From positions 1,989 to 65,988 of the forward strand of contig CAMDQC010000008.1 of the NCBI GenBank assembly GCA_945905735.1: a stretch of 64,000 bases of DNA, in the 5' to 3' direction. The stretch is from Prosthecobacter debontii (lineage in GTDB: Bacteria; Verrucomicrobiota; Verrucomicrobiia; Chthoniobacterales; Chthoniobacteraceae). Below are positions 44,415 through 53,350 of the stretch, in pieces. A program made the translations under genes and the position numbers. Under the pieces are notes generated by a model, which saw nothing but the letters and a program-made list of their open reading frames with translations, searched no databases and had not been told where the DNA came from. Positions within the stretch are counted from its first letter, which is position 1; each line of letters starts with the position of its first letter.

Positions 44415-45617
44415 TCATCGTTTTTTCGGATTACAGGGCGAGTCAAGAAACCCCCAAAGCACTCTGGGGCGGCGGGTGTTCTTTTGGGGCGGGGGTTGGT
44501 CGGCGCAGTAGTGGTCGAACCACGGGATTTTGGTGCGTTTGTATTCTATGGCGGTCATGGGCCGGTGGGGGAGATCGGTGTGGGTGATTTGCTTCCATAG
44601 CTGCGAGTTGCAGAGGTGGATGAAGCAGTGGGGAGTTTGGGTTTGGTCCCAAATCGCGATGCCATACGGCGATTTGTAGATTTCTTCCTGTGTATATCCT
44701 TCCATATTCCAGAGCCCTCCTCTTTGCGGAGGACCACAACGAGAGCGAGTGACCTCGATCATGCGCCCCTTTAAGTGGTCTGGGAAAAGCTGGGGAAGGA
44801 TAGAGTTGAGGTTTGCGGGAATGCAAGGCAGCACTCTTGAGCGAAAGAACATCTCTGCATGGACTGGACAGGCTTGGATTTGAACGCCGTCGCTATCCGC
44901 TTTGCTGGGGAGTTGTGCTTCGACGGAGTCGTCTTTTCCGAGGGGCGCGGCGACGAACTGGCGGAGGCGCTTTTTGCCAACGGAGAAGCCATCGAGCCAC
45001 GATTGCTCGGGGACGAGGACGTAATTTTGAGGGTCTTGTTGCAGGTGGGGCACCCACGGACGCCCAGAGACAGCATTGGTTTTCCCATAGCCGATTTTTA
45101 CGGCGAAAGGGTAGCGTGATGAGAACCGAATACACATCGCATCGCTCTGATACATAGGCATGAGGACGCCGCCGCGCTTTACCCATTCTGCCGGAAGCGT
45201 GTCGGCAAAATCGTCCACGGAGCGTAGAGGAAAGTCACCGATACCCGCAGGGAGCAGATACTTCTTTCTATCAACGGGCAGGCGAAGCGTGCGCTCGAAT
45301 CCAATGCGGATAGTGGGCGGCGGGAAGTGGACGGTGGAGCGCAGGGCTTTTTCTACGTCGGCAGCGGTGAGGTCGCCGGCGGCGGCTTCAAGGGACTTCG
45401 GTGGATTCTCGGCCCCTTCGCAGTTTGGCAGCAATCCCCACTCCCGCCCCTTCGCCAACTCTTTCACGGCTCCCACCAATTTGCTCCGGTCGTCGGGCAA
45501 TCGCAACGCGAGCGGGAGTTGCTGCATGTGCTTATCCAAGAGCGCATTGAGCTGTTGGGTGATTTCTGGGAAGGCGAAGATGAGTGTGTCGGCCTTGAGT
45601 TGGACGGTCGGTTTCAT
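44415..45617 (-). CDS. 400-aa conserved-looking hypothetical protein
   Basis: Long clean ORF with no signal peptide or TM. The core block is LLPAGIGDFPL...PAEWVKRGGVLMPMYQSDAMCIRF...FAVKIGYGKTNAVSG...NYVLVPEQSWLDGF...LRQFVAAPLG..DSVEAQL. Confidence 0.65.
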   Translation of the reverse strand: MKPTVQLKADTLIFAFPEITQQLNALLDKHMQQLPLALRLPDDRSKLVGAVKELAKGREWGLLPNCEGAENPPKSLEAAAGDLTAADVEKALRSTVHFPPPTIRIGFERTLRLPVDRKKYLLPAGIGDFPLRSVDDFADTLPAEWVKRGGVLMPMYQSDAMCIRFSSRYPFAVKIGYGKTNAVSGRPWVPHLQQDPQNYVLVPEQSWLDGFSVGKKRLRQFVAAPLGKDDSVEAQLPSKADSDGVQIQACPVHAEMFFRSRVLPCIPANLNSILPQLFPDHLKGRMIEVTRSRCGPPQRGGLWNMEGYTQEEIYKSPYGIAIWDQTQTPHCFIHLCNSQLWKQITHTDLPHRPMTAIEYKRTKIPWFDHYCADQPPPQKNTRRPRVLWGFLDSPCNPKKR

Positions 45618-45642
45618 AGATTGTTTGGCTTGGAAAAAAGGC

Positions 45643-45852
45643 TCACCATTCGGCGTCGCGAATCTGCCGGGAAATGTTGGTGACTCGCTCAGTCGGCATT
45701 CCTTTGAGCGTGCGTAGAAGCTCGGCGACTACGGTGGGGCGTTCGCGGATGATGGCGCGGGAAAGCAGAAAGCGGGTCAGGGCTGGGGATCTGATTTCGT
45801 CATAATGAACGGGGCTCCGAGAAGAGCCCGCCTTGCAGAGAGGTGTGATCAA
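45643..45852 (-). CDS. Possible 69-aa ORF upstream of the 400-aa gene
   Basis: Only the ORF and its position support it; there is no motif. Confidence 0.3.
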   Translation of the reverse strand: MITPLCKAGSSRSPVHYDEIRSPALTRFLLSRAIIRERPTVVAELLRTLKGMPTERVTNISRQIRDAEW

Positions 45853-46025
45853 AGCATCGCCAAACCGACCCCGAAAATGGATACCCTGATGTGTGGCTTC
45901 GTTCGATTTCCATGCAGAAAATTTCGGCTAAACAGTGGCCCTCCCCATGCCGACGTAGGGAACGAGTGAACTTGCGCCACTCTCCGCTTGCGCACTTTAC
46001 AGCATGCGCTCTACTTTCCGCCGCT

Positions 46026-46673
46026 ATGGCCGATTCACACTCTGATAAAGCTTGGGATGAGTTTAAGTGGGAGCGCTTTCTCCAAGAACAGGAGCAGCGC
46101 ACCGAGAAGTATATGGAGCTTCTGGAGAAGTATATCGACCACCCGCAGCGCGACGAAATCATCGCCGAGGAGATGGGCTGGAAGCACATGATTAACGGCG
46201 AGGTGCGCGAGTGGGAGGAGGAGGTGGAGGCGGCGTTTTCGGACGATGATTCCGAGGACGACGACGATTCAGAAGATCGCGGGCCGAGCTTTGAGCGGCA
46301 CCCCATTTACCGGCAGGCGCTGGCGTTTAACGGCGAGCTGGATGAACTGCTCGACAACTCAGACGAAAAAGCGCGGGAACACCCGGCGATGATCTCCCTG
46401 AGCACTCAGGTTTCGCTCGCGACGGCAAAACTGGCGGCGGCATTGAGCAATGACGAGGTGGAGGAGCTCGGCATGAGTATCGCCTACCTCAAGCGCGCTC
46501 TCGCGGCGCTCACGAGCGGGCTCGACTCGACGATGCACCTCCTCGAAGGCGGCTTCATTTCGCAAGAAATCTTCCAGCAACTCCGCGACCGACTCTTCAG
46601 CATCCGCAACGACATCATCACCACGATGGGCGAGTATCGTGCGGAGTTCCGCCGCCGTCATGGCCGGGGGTGA
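46026..46673 (+). CDS. Acidic hypothetical protein
   Basis: 215 aa from ATG 46026, with a DDSEDDDDSED run and helical character. Confidence 0.55.
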   Translation: MADSHSDKAWDEFKWERFLQEQEQRTEKYMELLEKYIDHPQRDEIIAEEMGWKHMINGEVREWEEEVEAAFSDDDSEDDDDSEDRGPSFERHPIYRQALAFNGELDELLDNSDEKAREHPAMISLSTQVSLATAKLAAALSNDEVEELGMSIAYLKRALAALTSGLDSTMHLLEGGFISQEIFQQLRDRLFSIRNDIITTMGEYRAEFRRRHGRG

Positions 46674-46719
46674 GCCGCTCTTGCGGAAGTCGGACGTTGC
46701 CGTGTAGCCTCGCGGCATA

Positions 46720-47625
46720 ATGGACAGCGAACTGGGAAAAATCACGGAGGCGATACTGCGCTCTTACGATGCGGGCGGCGGCATCAACCACGTCGATGGC
46801 GCGAACTTGCCGTCGAAGCGGACCATTTCCACGATCTGCGAAGACCTGCTCCAGCTCTTGTTCCCCGGCTTTCACGATGCGGAGCCGATCCACAGTTCGC
46901 ATCTCCAGCGGGTGACGAGCCACCGCATTTACAGCATCGCCGAGCGGCTGGCGGAAGAGATTTGCAAGAGCCTGCGACTCAATGAGCCGGAGTGCCCGAA
47001 CGCGCAGGCCACGAAGCTGGCTCACGACTTTCTTGGCGGACTGGTGCGCGTTCGCGAGCTGTTGAAAACGGACGTGGAGGCGGCTTTTCAAGGCGACCCG
47101 GCGGCGGGCGCGACGGATGAGGTGATCCTCAGCTATCCGTTCATCGAGGCCATCGCCGTGCAGCGCAGCGCGCACGTCCTCTACGCGCTGGAGGTGCCCA
47201 TTATCCCACGGATGATGACGGAGTGGGCACACAGCCGCACGGGCATCGACATCCATCCCGGCGCGCACATCGGCAGCCACTTTTTCATCGACCACGGGAC
47301 GGGCGTCGTCGTCGGCGAGACGAGCCTCATCGGCACACACGTGAAGCTCTACCAGGGCGTCTCGCTCATCGCGAAATCGCTCGCGGGCGGGCAGGCGCTT
47401 CGCGGGCAAAAGCGGCACCCGACCATTGAGGATAACGTCACGATTTACGCCAACGCCACCATCATGGGCGGCGACACCACCATCGGCAACGGCTCCACCG
47501 TGGGAGCCAGCGTTTTCCTCACCCACAGCGTCCCGCCGCGCTCGCTCGTTCTCGCCGAGGGCATGGGCGTACGGGTGCTGGATAAAAATCGCGGCAGCGC
47601 CGAGTGGGACGATTGGGCGATATGA
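46720..47625 (+). CDS. cysE: Serine O-acetyltransferase (long form)
   Basis: SATase N-terminal helical domain plus hexapeptide repeats (GIDIHPGAHIGSHFFIDHGTGVVVGETSLIG...). Confidence 0.85.
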   Translation: MDSELGKITEAILRSYDAGGGINHVDGANLPSKRTISTICEDLLQLLFPGFHDAEPIHSSHLQRVTSHRIYSIAERLAEEICKSLRLNEPECPNAQATKLAHDFLGGLVRVRELLKTDVEAAFQGDPAAGATDEVILSYPFIEAIAVQRSAHVLYALEVPIIPRMMTEWAHSRTGIDIHPGAHIGSHFFIDHGTGVVVGETSLIGTHVKLYQGVSLIAKSLAGGQALRGQKRHPTIEDNVTIYANATIMGGDTTIGNGSTVGASVFLTHSVPPRSLVLAEGMGVRVLDKNRGSAEWDDWAI

Positions 47626-49784
47626 GTCGGCGCGTGAAATGCGCGCTCTTGAGGTATTCTGCGAAGTGCCTACCGTCCGCGCTCATGCAGACCAACCGAT
47701 TCACCACGATCTCCGCCGCTTTTGCGCTGGCGCTACCGCTTTCTGCGCAGCAGTCGCAGCCGCAAGGAGTCTCTAGCATCACCCGGCCAGCCGAGCCCGA
47801 GGTGCGGCGGCCTACCGTGATTGCGCGGCCCGGCGAGCCGCGCGCGATCATCGGTGCAGCGCCGACGAATGTGCCCGTGATGTCGCCGCCGGAGCCTGTG
47901 GTGGTGCCGGTCGCCCCGGCTCCTGTGAAGCCCGTCGTCATCCAGCCGACTTGGGAGACGCAGAAGCTGGCGCGCAGCTACACGTTCACCATCCCGGCGC
48001 CGCGTGGGCAGATTACGGACCGCAACGGCGTCCCGCTCGCCCGCAATCGCGTCGCGCAGAATCTCGCGATCATTTTCCCCACGCCCGCGAAGTTCACGGA
48101 TGCGGAGGCGCAGCAATTTATCACGCAGCAGGTGGCGCTCGCGGCACGGATCATTGGTCGCCCGCTGGCGGTGCCTGAGAAGGGGCTCAAACATTACCAG
48201 AACCGCTCCATCACGCCGCTCGTCATCCCCTCGGCGATTGATCTCTCGCCGGTGGAAGTGGCCGCTTTCACCCGCATGAATCCGCCAGGGCTCACGCTCC
48301 AGTCCGTCTATCAGCGCGTCTATCCGCAAGGGCGCTCGGCGGGGCACATCGTCGGCTACGTGGGGCGCATGGGGAATTGGCTCACGGGCGGCGTGGAGAC
48401 GAACGAGCTGCTGTGGCCGCAAGTCGAGGGACGCGAGGGGCTGGAGCTGACGTTTAACGATCAGCTCACGGGGAAAAACGGCGCGCTCTTTGTCTCCTAC
48501 GACGCGATGGGCCGGAAGTCCGAGGAGCGCGTCCTTGTCGCGCCGACGCCGGGGCAAAACGTCATCACCACTATAGATATGCGTTTTCAAAAATCCGTGG
48601 AAGCCTCGCTGGCAGCCAGCTCGCGGCCCTGCGCGATGTCGGTGATGGACTGCAACACCGGCGAGATTCTCGCGATGGCCTCCCTACCAAACTACGACCC
48701 GAACACGTTCATCCCCACGATCACCGAAGCCGAGATGACCGCGCTCAACGACCCCAAGAACAACAACCCGCTCATCCCCCGCGCCTTCCGCGCCTCCTAC
48801 CCACTCGGCTCCGTGTTCAAAGTATTCACCGGCCTGTCCTCGCTGAATGAAGGCAAGGTGGACCCCGGCGATGAGTTCGGCGGCGAGGCATTCCTCACCA
48901 TAGACGGGCGCAAGTTCTGGGACCACACGAAGAAAGACACCGGGCCGAAGAATTTCGTCGGCGCGATCACCGTGAGCTGCAACACCTACTTTTATAAAAT
49001 GGGCATGAAGACCGGCTTCGCACCCATCACCGAATACGCGCGCAACCTTGGCTTTGCCAGCAAGACGGGCATCCCCATCAACGGCGAAGAAGCGGGCTCT
49101 TTGAACGACGTAGAAACCATCCTCAAAGTGGACAAACGCAAAGCCGGAATGGGCGACCTCGCGAACCTCTCCATCGGGCAAGGGCTCACCGCCGTCACCC
49201 CGCTCCAAGTCACCAAAGCCATGACCGCCATCGCCAACGGCGGCACCGTCTATCAGCCCCGCCTCGTCCTCCAAGTGCAAGGCGTGGATGATAAAGTGAG
49301 CATCGGCTACGAAGTGCGCGTGCGGCACCAATTCACCATAGATAAGGAAGTCGCCACCGTCATGCGCAAGGGCCTCTTCAACGTCGTCAACGGAAGGGGC
49401 GGCACCGCCCACGCCGCGCAAAACTCCAACGTCAGCCTCGCCGGAAAGACCGGCACCGCACAGTGGGGCTCCGGTGCGAAAGAGCGCGTCGCCGCGTGGT
49501 TTGGTGGCTACGCCCCGGCGGAAAAACCCAAGTGGGCCTTCGCCGCAGTCTATGAAGGCAAGCCCGGCGACGACTCCATCCACGGCGGCTCCAACGTCGG
49601 CCCCATCATCAGCCGCGCCCTCAAAGGATTCCCCAAGCCCGAGCCCGAAGAAAAAGAAGGCGGCCTCCGCAAGCCCAAGAAAAAGAAGACTGACAACGAT
49701 GAAGAAGCGATGGAAGCCGCCGAAGAGGAAGCCCCGAAAAAGCCCCGCCGCCGCCGCGTCGAACCGGACGAAGTCGTCCAATAA
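47622..49784 (+). CDS. Class B penicillin-binding protein (PBP2-like transpeptidase)
   Basis: SVFK (SxxK), SCN (SxN) and KTGTA (KTG). ATG 47622 overlaps the cysE stop (ATGA); the alternative start is ATG 47685 (MQTNRFTTISAAFALAL). Confidence 0.85.
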   Translation: MSRRVKCALLRYSAKCLPSALMQTNRFTTISAAFALALPLSAQQSQPQGVSSITRPAEPEVRRPTVIARPGEPRAIIGAAPTNVPVMSPPEPVVVPVAPAPVKPVVIQPTWETQKLARSYTFTIPAPRGQITDRNGVPLARNRVAQNLAIIFPTPAKFTDAEAQQFITQQVALAARIIGRPLAVPEKGLKHYQNRSITPLVIPSAIDLSPVEVAAFTRMNPPGLTLQSVYQRVYPQGRSAGHIVGYVGRMGNWLTGGVETNELLWPQVEGREGLELTFNDQLTGKNGALFVSYDAMGRKSEERVLVAPTPGQNVITTIDMRFQKSVEASLAASSRPCAMSVMDCNTGEILAMASLPNYDPNTFIPTITEAEMTALNDPKNNNPLIPRAFRASYPLGSVFKVFTGLSSLNEGKVDPGDEFGGEAFLTIDGRKFWDHTKKDTGPKNFVGAITVSCNTYFYKMGMKTGFAPITEYARNLGFASKTGIPINGEEAGSLNDVETILKVDKRKAGMGDLANLSIGQGLTAVTPLQVTKAMTAIANGGTVYQPRLVLQVQGVDDKVSIGYEVRVRHQFTIDKEVATVMRKGLFNVVNGRGGTAHAAQNSNVSLAGKTGTAQWGSGAKERVAAWFGGYAPAEKPKWAFAAVYEGKPGDDSIHGGSNVGPIISRALKGFPKPEPEEKEGGLRKPKKKKTDNDEEAMEAAEEEAPKKPRRRRVEPDEVVQ

Positions 49785-50651
49785 ATGCACACCGCATTCG
49801 TCCTCGGCGCGGGCCTCGGCACACGCCTCCGCCCGCTCACCAACCGCCGACCCAAGCCCCTCATCCCGCTCGCGAATCGCCCGCTCATCACCCACGCCTT
49901 CGACCACCTCATCGCCGCCGGAGTGAAGCGCTTCGTCGTCAACACCCACTGGTGCGCAGAGCGATACGCCGAGTTTTTCCCCACCGGAGAATGGCGCGGC
50001 TGCCCCATCCACTTCATCGAAGAAACCCCCGAAGTCCTCGAAACCGGCGGCGGCATCTGGAACGCCCGCGAGCTGCTGAGCGACGGCCCATTCATCGTCT
50101 ATAACGGCGACATCCTCAGCGACATCCCCCTCGCCCGCGCCATCGCGCACCACCGCACCACCGGCAACGAAGTCACCCTCATCCTCCGCACCACCGGCGA
50201 CAACCGCAACGTCACCTTCGACGCGGAAAGCGGGCGCATCCTCGACCTCCGGAAAGTGCTCCGGCCCGAGCTAGAGCCCGCGCATCTCTTCACCGGCATC
50301 TACCTCGTCCAGCCCGAGTTCATCGCCCGCATCCCCGCCGCGCAGAAAATTTCCGTCGTCCCCATCTTCCACGAAATGATCCGCGCGGGCGCAAAGCTCG
50401 GCGGCATCCTCCTCGACGAAGGCACTTGGCGCGACCTCGGCACCCGCGAAGAATACCTCGCCGTCGCCGGCCCCGGTAACACCATCCACCCCACCGCCAC
50501 CATCGGCGCAGGCGCGATTTTGGAAAACTGCATCATCTGGGAAAACGCCACCGTCGCCACCGGCGCACACCTCACCCGCTGCATCGTAGCCGACGGAGCC
50601 CACGCCAGCGGCGAGCACCGTGACACAGATTTCGACGCGGGCTTGCACTGA
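49785..50651 (+). CDS. Sugar-phosphate nucleotidyltransferase
   Basis: VLGAGLGTRLRPLTNRRPKPL (G-x-G-T-R), with a left-handed helix-like C-terminus. Confidence 0.8.
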   Translation: MHTAFVLGAGLGTRLRPLTNRRPKPLIPLANRPLITHAFDHLIAAGVKRFVVNTHWCAERYAEFFPTGEWRGCPIHFIEETPEVLETGGGIWNARELLSDGPFIVYNGDILSDIPLARAIAHHRTTGNEVTLILRTTGDNRNVTFDAESGRILDLRKVLRPELEPAHLFTGIYLVQPEFIARIPAAQKISVVPIFHEMIRAGAKLGGILLDEGTWRDLGTREEYLAVAGPGNTIHPTATIGAGAILENCIIWENATVATGAHLTRCIVADGAHASGEHRDTDFDAGLH

Positions 50652-50679
50652 GCGGGCTGAATCCGCCATCTGTGGGGTG

Positions 50680-51813
50680 ATGCAAGTACCGCTGCTCGAT
50701 CTCCGTGCGCAATATGCGCCGCTAAAGTCTCAATTTCTCACCGCTATCGAGGAAGTCTGCGATTCGCAGGCGCTCGTGCTCGGGCCTCGCACGGAGGCTT
50801 TCGAGCAGGCCGTGGCGCAGTACTGCGGCGCGAAGCACGCCATCGGATGCAGCAGCGGGACGGATGCGCAGCTCATGCTCCTCATGGCGATGGGCATCGG
50901 GCCGGGCGATGCGATTATCACGACGCCGTACACATTTTTCGCCACCGCGAGCTGCATCGCTCGGCTGGGTGCGCGGCCTGTTTTTGCCGACATTGATCCG
51001 GTGACTTACAATCTCTGCCCGGCGTCGGTGGAGGAGATGCTGAAGAAGACGAAGAATGTGAAAGGGATCATTCCCGTGCATCTTTACGGGTGCTGTGCGG
51101 ATATGGAAGCGCTGCGAGAACTCGCCAGCCGCTACAACGTCCCAATCCTCGAAGACGCTGCGCAGGCGCTCGGCGCGCAGCACGCGCTCGGGGCTGCGGG
51201 AGCGATGGGGAATGCGGGATGGTTCTCATTTTACCCGACGAAAAACCTCGGCGCGTTTGGCGATGCGGGGATGGTGGTTTGCCACGACGACGATTTCGCC
51301 GCGCGGCTGCGGGCGTATCGGAATCACGGGATGGAAGTGCGCTATTACCACAAGTTTGTCGGCGGCAATTTCCGCATAGACGCCATCCAAAGCGCGGTGC
51401 TGCACGTGAAGCTCCCGCACCTCGATACATGGAGCGCGGGCCGCCGCGCGCGGGCTGCGACGTATCGCAGGCTGTTCGCGCTGCACGGGCTAGAACGCTG
51501 GCTCACGGTGCCCGTGGAGCCGTGGAAAGATTCGGGTGTGCTGAACCACCACATCTACAACCAATTCATCGTCCGCGCCCCGCGCCGCGACGACTTGCGC
51601 GCGTATCTCGGCGCTGCCGGAGTGAGCACGGAAATCTACTACCCGCTCCCGCTGCACCTACAGGAGTGCTTCGCGTATCTCGGGTATAAAGCGGGCGATT
51701 TCCCCGAGTCCGAGCGGGCTGCCCGCGAGACGTTGGCGCTGCCGATTTACCCCGAGATTTCCACCGAGCAGCAGAACTACGTCGTGGAAAAAATCGCCGC
51801 CTTTTTCCGCTAG
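50680..51813 (+). CDS. DegT/DnrJ/EryC1/StrS family sugar aminotransferase
   Basis: [12 protein letters not shown], ...[14 protein letters not shown]... (PLP Lys), ALPIYPE. Confidence 0.9.
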   Translation: MQVPLLDLRAQYAPLKSQFLTAIEEVCDSQALVLGPRTEAFEQAVAQYCGAKHAIGCSSGTDAQLMLLMAMGIGPGDAIITTPYTFFATASCIARLGARPVFADIDPVTYNLCPASVEEMLKKTKNVKGIIPVHLYGCCADMEALRELASRYNVPILEDAAQALGAQHALGAAGAMGNAGWFSFYPTKNLGAFGDAGMVVCHDDDFAARLRAYRNHGMEVRYYHKFVGGNFRIDAIQSAVLHVKLPHLDTWSAGRRARAATYRRLFALHGLERWLTVPVEPWKDSGVLNHHIYNQFIVRAPRRDDLRAYLGAAGVSTEIYYPLPLHLQECFAYLGYKAGDFPESERAARETLALPIYPEISTEQQNYVVEKIAAFFR

Positions 51814-51817
51814 GGCC

Positions 51818-52612
51818 ATGCAAGCATACCTCGACCTACTCCGCCTCGTCCTCGACAAAGGACACACGAAATCCGACCGCACGGGCACGGGCACCACGAG
51901 CGTCTTCGGAGCGCAGACACGGTTCGATTTATCGGCGGGATTCCCCGTCCTCACGACGAAGAAGCTGCACCTCCGCAGCATCATCCACGAGCTGCTGTGG
52001 TTCCTCAAAGGCGACACGAACATCCGCTATTTGCAGGAAAATAAAGTGAGCATCTGGGACGAGTGGGCCGATGCCGACGGCAACCTCGGGCGCGTCTATG
52101 GCGCGCAATGGCGCGACTGGCGCACAGCCGACGGCGGGCACATTGACCAAATCGCCAACGTCGTCGCGCAGATCAAAGCGAACCCCGACAGCCGCCGCCT
52201 CATCGTCAGCGCATGGAACCCCGGCGAAGTCTCCGGCATGGCCCTGCCGCCCTGCCACGCGCTGTTCCAGTTCTTCGTGCTCGATGGACGACTGAGCTGC
52301 CAGCTCTACCAACGCAGCGCCGACCTCTTCCTCGGCGTCCCGTTTAACATCGCCAGCTACGCGCTCCTCACGCTGATGATCGCGCAAGTCTGCGGGCTCA
52401 AGCCGGGGGAATTTGTCCACACGTTCGGAGACTTGCACCTTTACTCGAACCACATGGAGCAGGCGAAAGAGCAGCTCTCCCGAGAGCCGCGCCCGTTGCC
52501 CGTGATGAAGCTGAACCCCGCCGTGACAGACCTCTTCGCCTTCCGGTTCGAGGACTTCACGCTCGAAGGCTACGACCCGCATCCGGCCATCAAAGCGCCC
52601 ATCGCGGTGTAG
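51818..52612 (+). CDS. thyA: Thymidylate synthase
   Basis: DRTGTGT, LPPCH and [21 protein letters not shown]. Confidence 0.95.
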   Translation: MQAYLDLLRLVLDKGHTKSDRTGTGTTSVFGAQTRFDLSAGFPVLTTKKLHLRSIIHELLWFLKGDTNIRYLQENKVSIWDEWADADGNLGRVYGAQWRDWRTADGGHIDQIANVVAQIKANPDSRRLIVSAWNPGEVSGMALPPCHALFQFFVLDGRLSCQLYQRSADLFLGVPFNIASYALLTLMIAQVCGLKPGEFVHTFGDLHLYSNHMEQAKEQLSREPRPLPVMKLNPAVTDLFAFRFEDFTLEGYDPHPAIKAPIAV

Positions 52613-52625
52613 TTCGTGTCGCGTG

Positions 52626-52868
52626 CTAACCTTGAATGGCGAGAATCAGCACCCGCTTTACCGGCACGTCCAAGCGATACGTGAGCTTCCACTTCCCAAA
52701 TTGCTTTTCATGGATGAGAAAGCCCGACCTGATAAGGTCTTCGTCGGGGAGTTGATCGGGATTTACGGCGAGACTGCGGAAGGCTGCAATCAGGGCCAAT
52801 CGTTCGGACGTTTTTAGTAAAGCGAATGCCTCTGCGACTTCTCCCTCCAAGGCGAATTGGTAAGCCAT
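52626..52868 (-). CDS. RelE/ParE-like toxin
   Basis: 80 aa with a C-terminal KWKLTYRLDVPVKRVLILAI pattern. It lies 3 nt downstream of a small antitoxin-like ORF. Confidence 0.55.
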   Translation of the reverse strand: MAYQFALEGEVAEAFALLKTSERLALIAAFRSLAVNPDQLPDEDLIRSGFLIHEKQFGKWKLTYRLDVPVKRVLILAIQG

Positions 52869-52871
52869 CGG

Positions 52872-53081
52872 TCAGCGGCCTTCTGCGGCGAGACGGGCAT
52901 GGAGTGCTTCGATTTCACTCTGCGAAACAACATTTCCCGTGTCAGCCGATGCGATGCGGCGGGAAATCATGGATTCCCAATCCGGCTCCCGTTCATCAAG
53001 AGTGGAAAGCAACCGTGCGATTTCGCGGCGACTCTCTGGCGTCATTCTGCAAATTTCAGTTTTTATCTCAGCCAAACTCAT
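52872..53081 (-). CDS. Antitoxin-like addiction-module component
   Basis: 69 aa. MSLAEIKTEICRMTPESRREIARLLSTL. Confidence 0.5.
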   Translation of the reverse strand: MSLAEIKTEICRMTPESRREIARLLSTLDEREPDWESMISRRIASADTGNVVSQSEIEALHARLAAEGR

Positions 53082-53115
53082 GCGGTCCGATTAGCACAGG
53101 GCCTAGAGTCGCGCA

Positions 53116-53148
53116 ACGAGTATCCTCCCGACACGAGTATCCTCCCGA
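53116..53148 (-). promoter_or_regulatory. Tandem 16-bp direct repeat upstream of the TA pair (candidate operator)
   Basis: acgagtatcctcccga occurs at 53116-53131 and 53133-53148, 35-67 nt upstream of the antitoxin ATG at 53081. Confidence 0.4.
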
Positions 53149-53158
53149 GCAAGTGCCG

Positions 53159-53350
53159 TTACCCCCCCGCGACGATCCGCAGCAGCTCGATAGCGTCGTC
53201 GGGTTGTAAAAGACGCGGCCATTCGTCTGGGCGCAGGGCGGTGCCGTTTAGCTCTACGAGCACGGTGCCTTTTGCAAAGCCTAGCTCGGCGACTAGCTCG
53301 GAGACGGTCGTGGCGGTGGTTTCTGTGGGCTTACCGTTGAGTGTGATCAT
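53159..53350 (-). CDS. thiS: Sulfur carrier protein ThiS
   Basis: 63 aa from ATG 53350, ending ...RIVAGG. The start overlaps the thiH stop (ATGA). Confidence 0.8.
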   Translation of the reverse strand: MITLNGKPTETTATTVSELVAELGFAKGTVLVELNGTALRPDEWPRLLQPDDAIELLRIVAGG

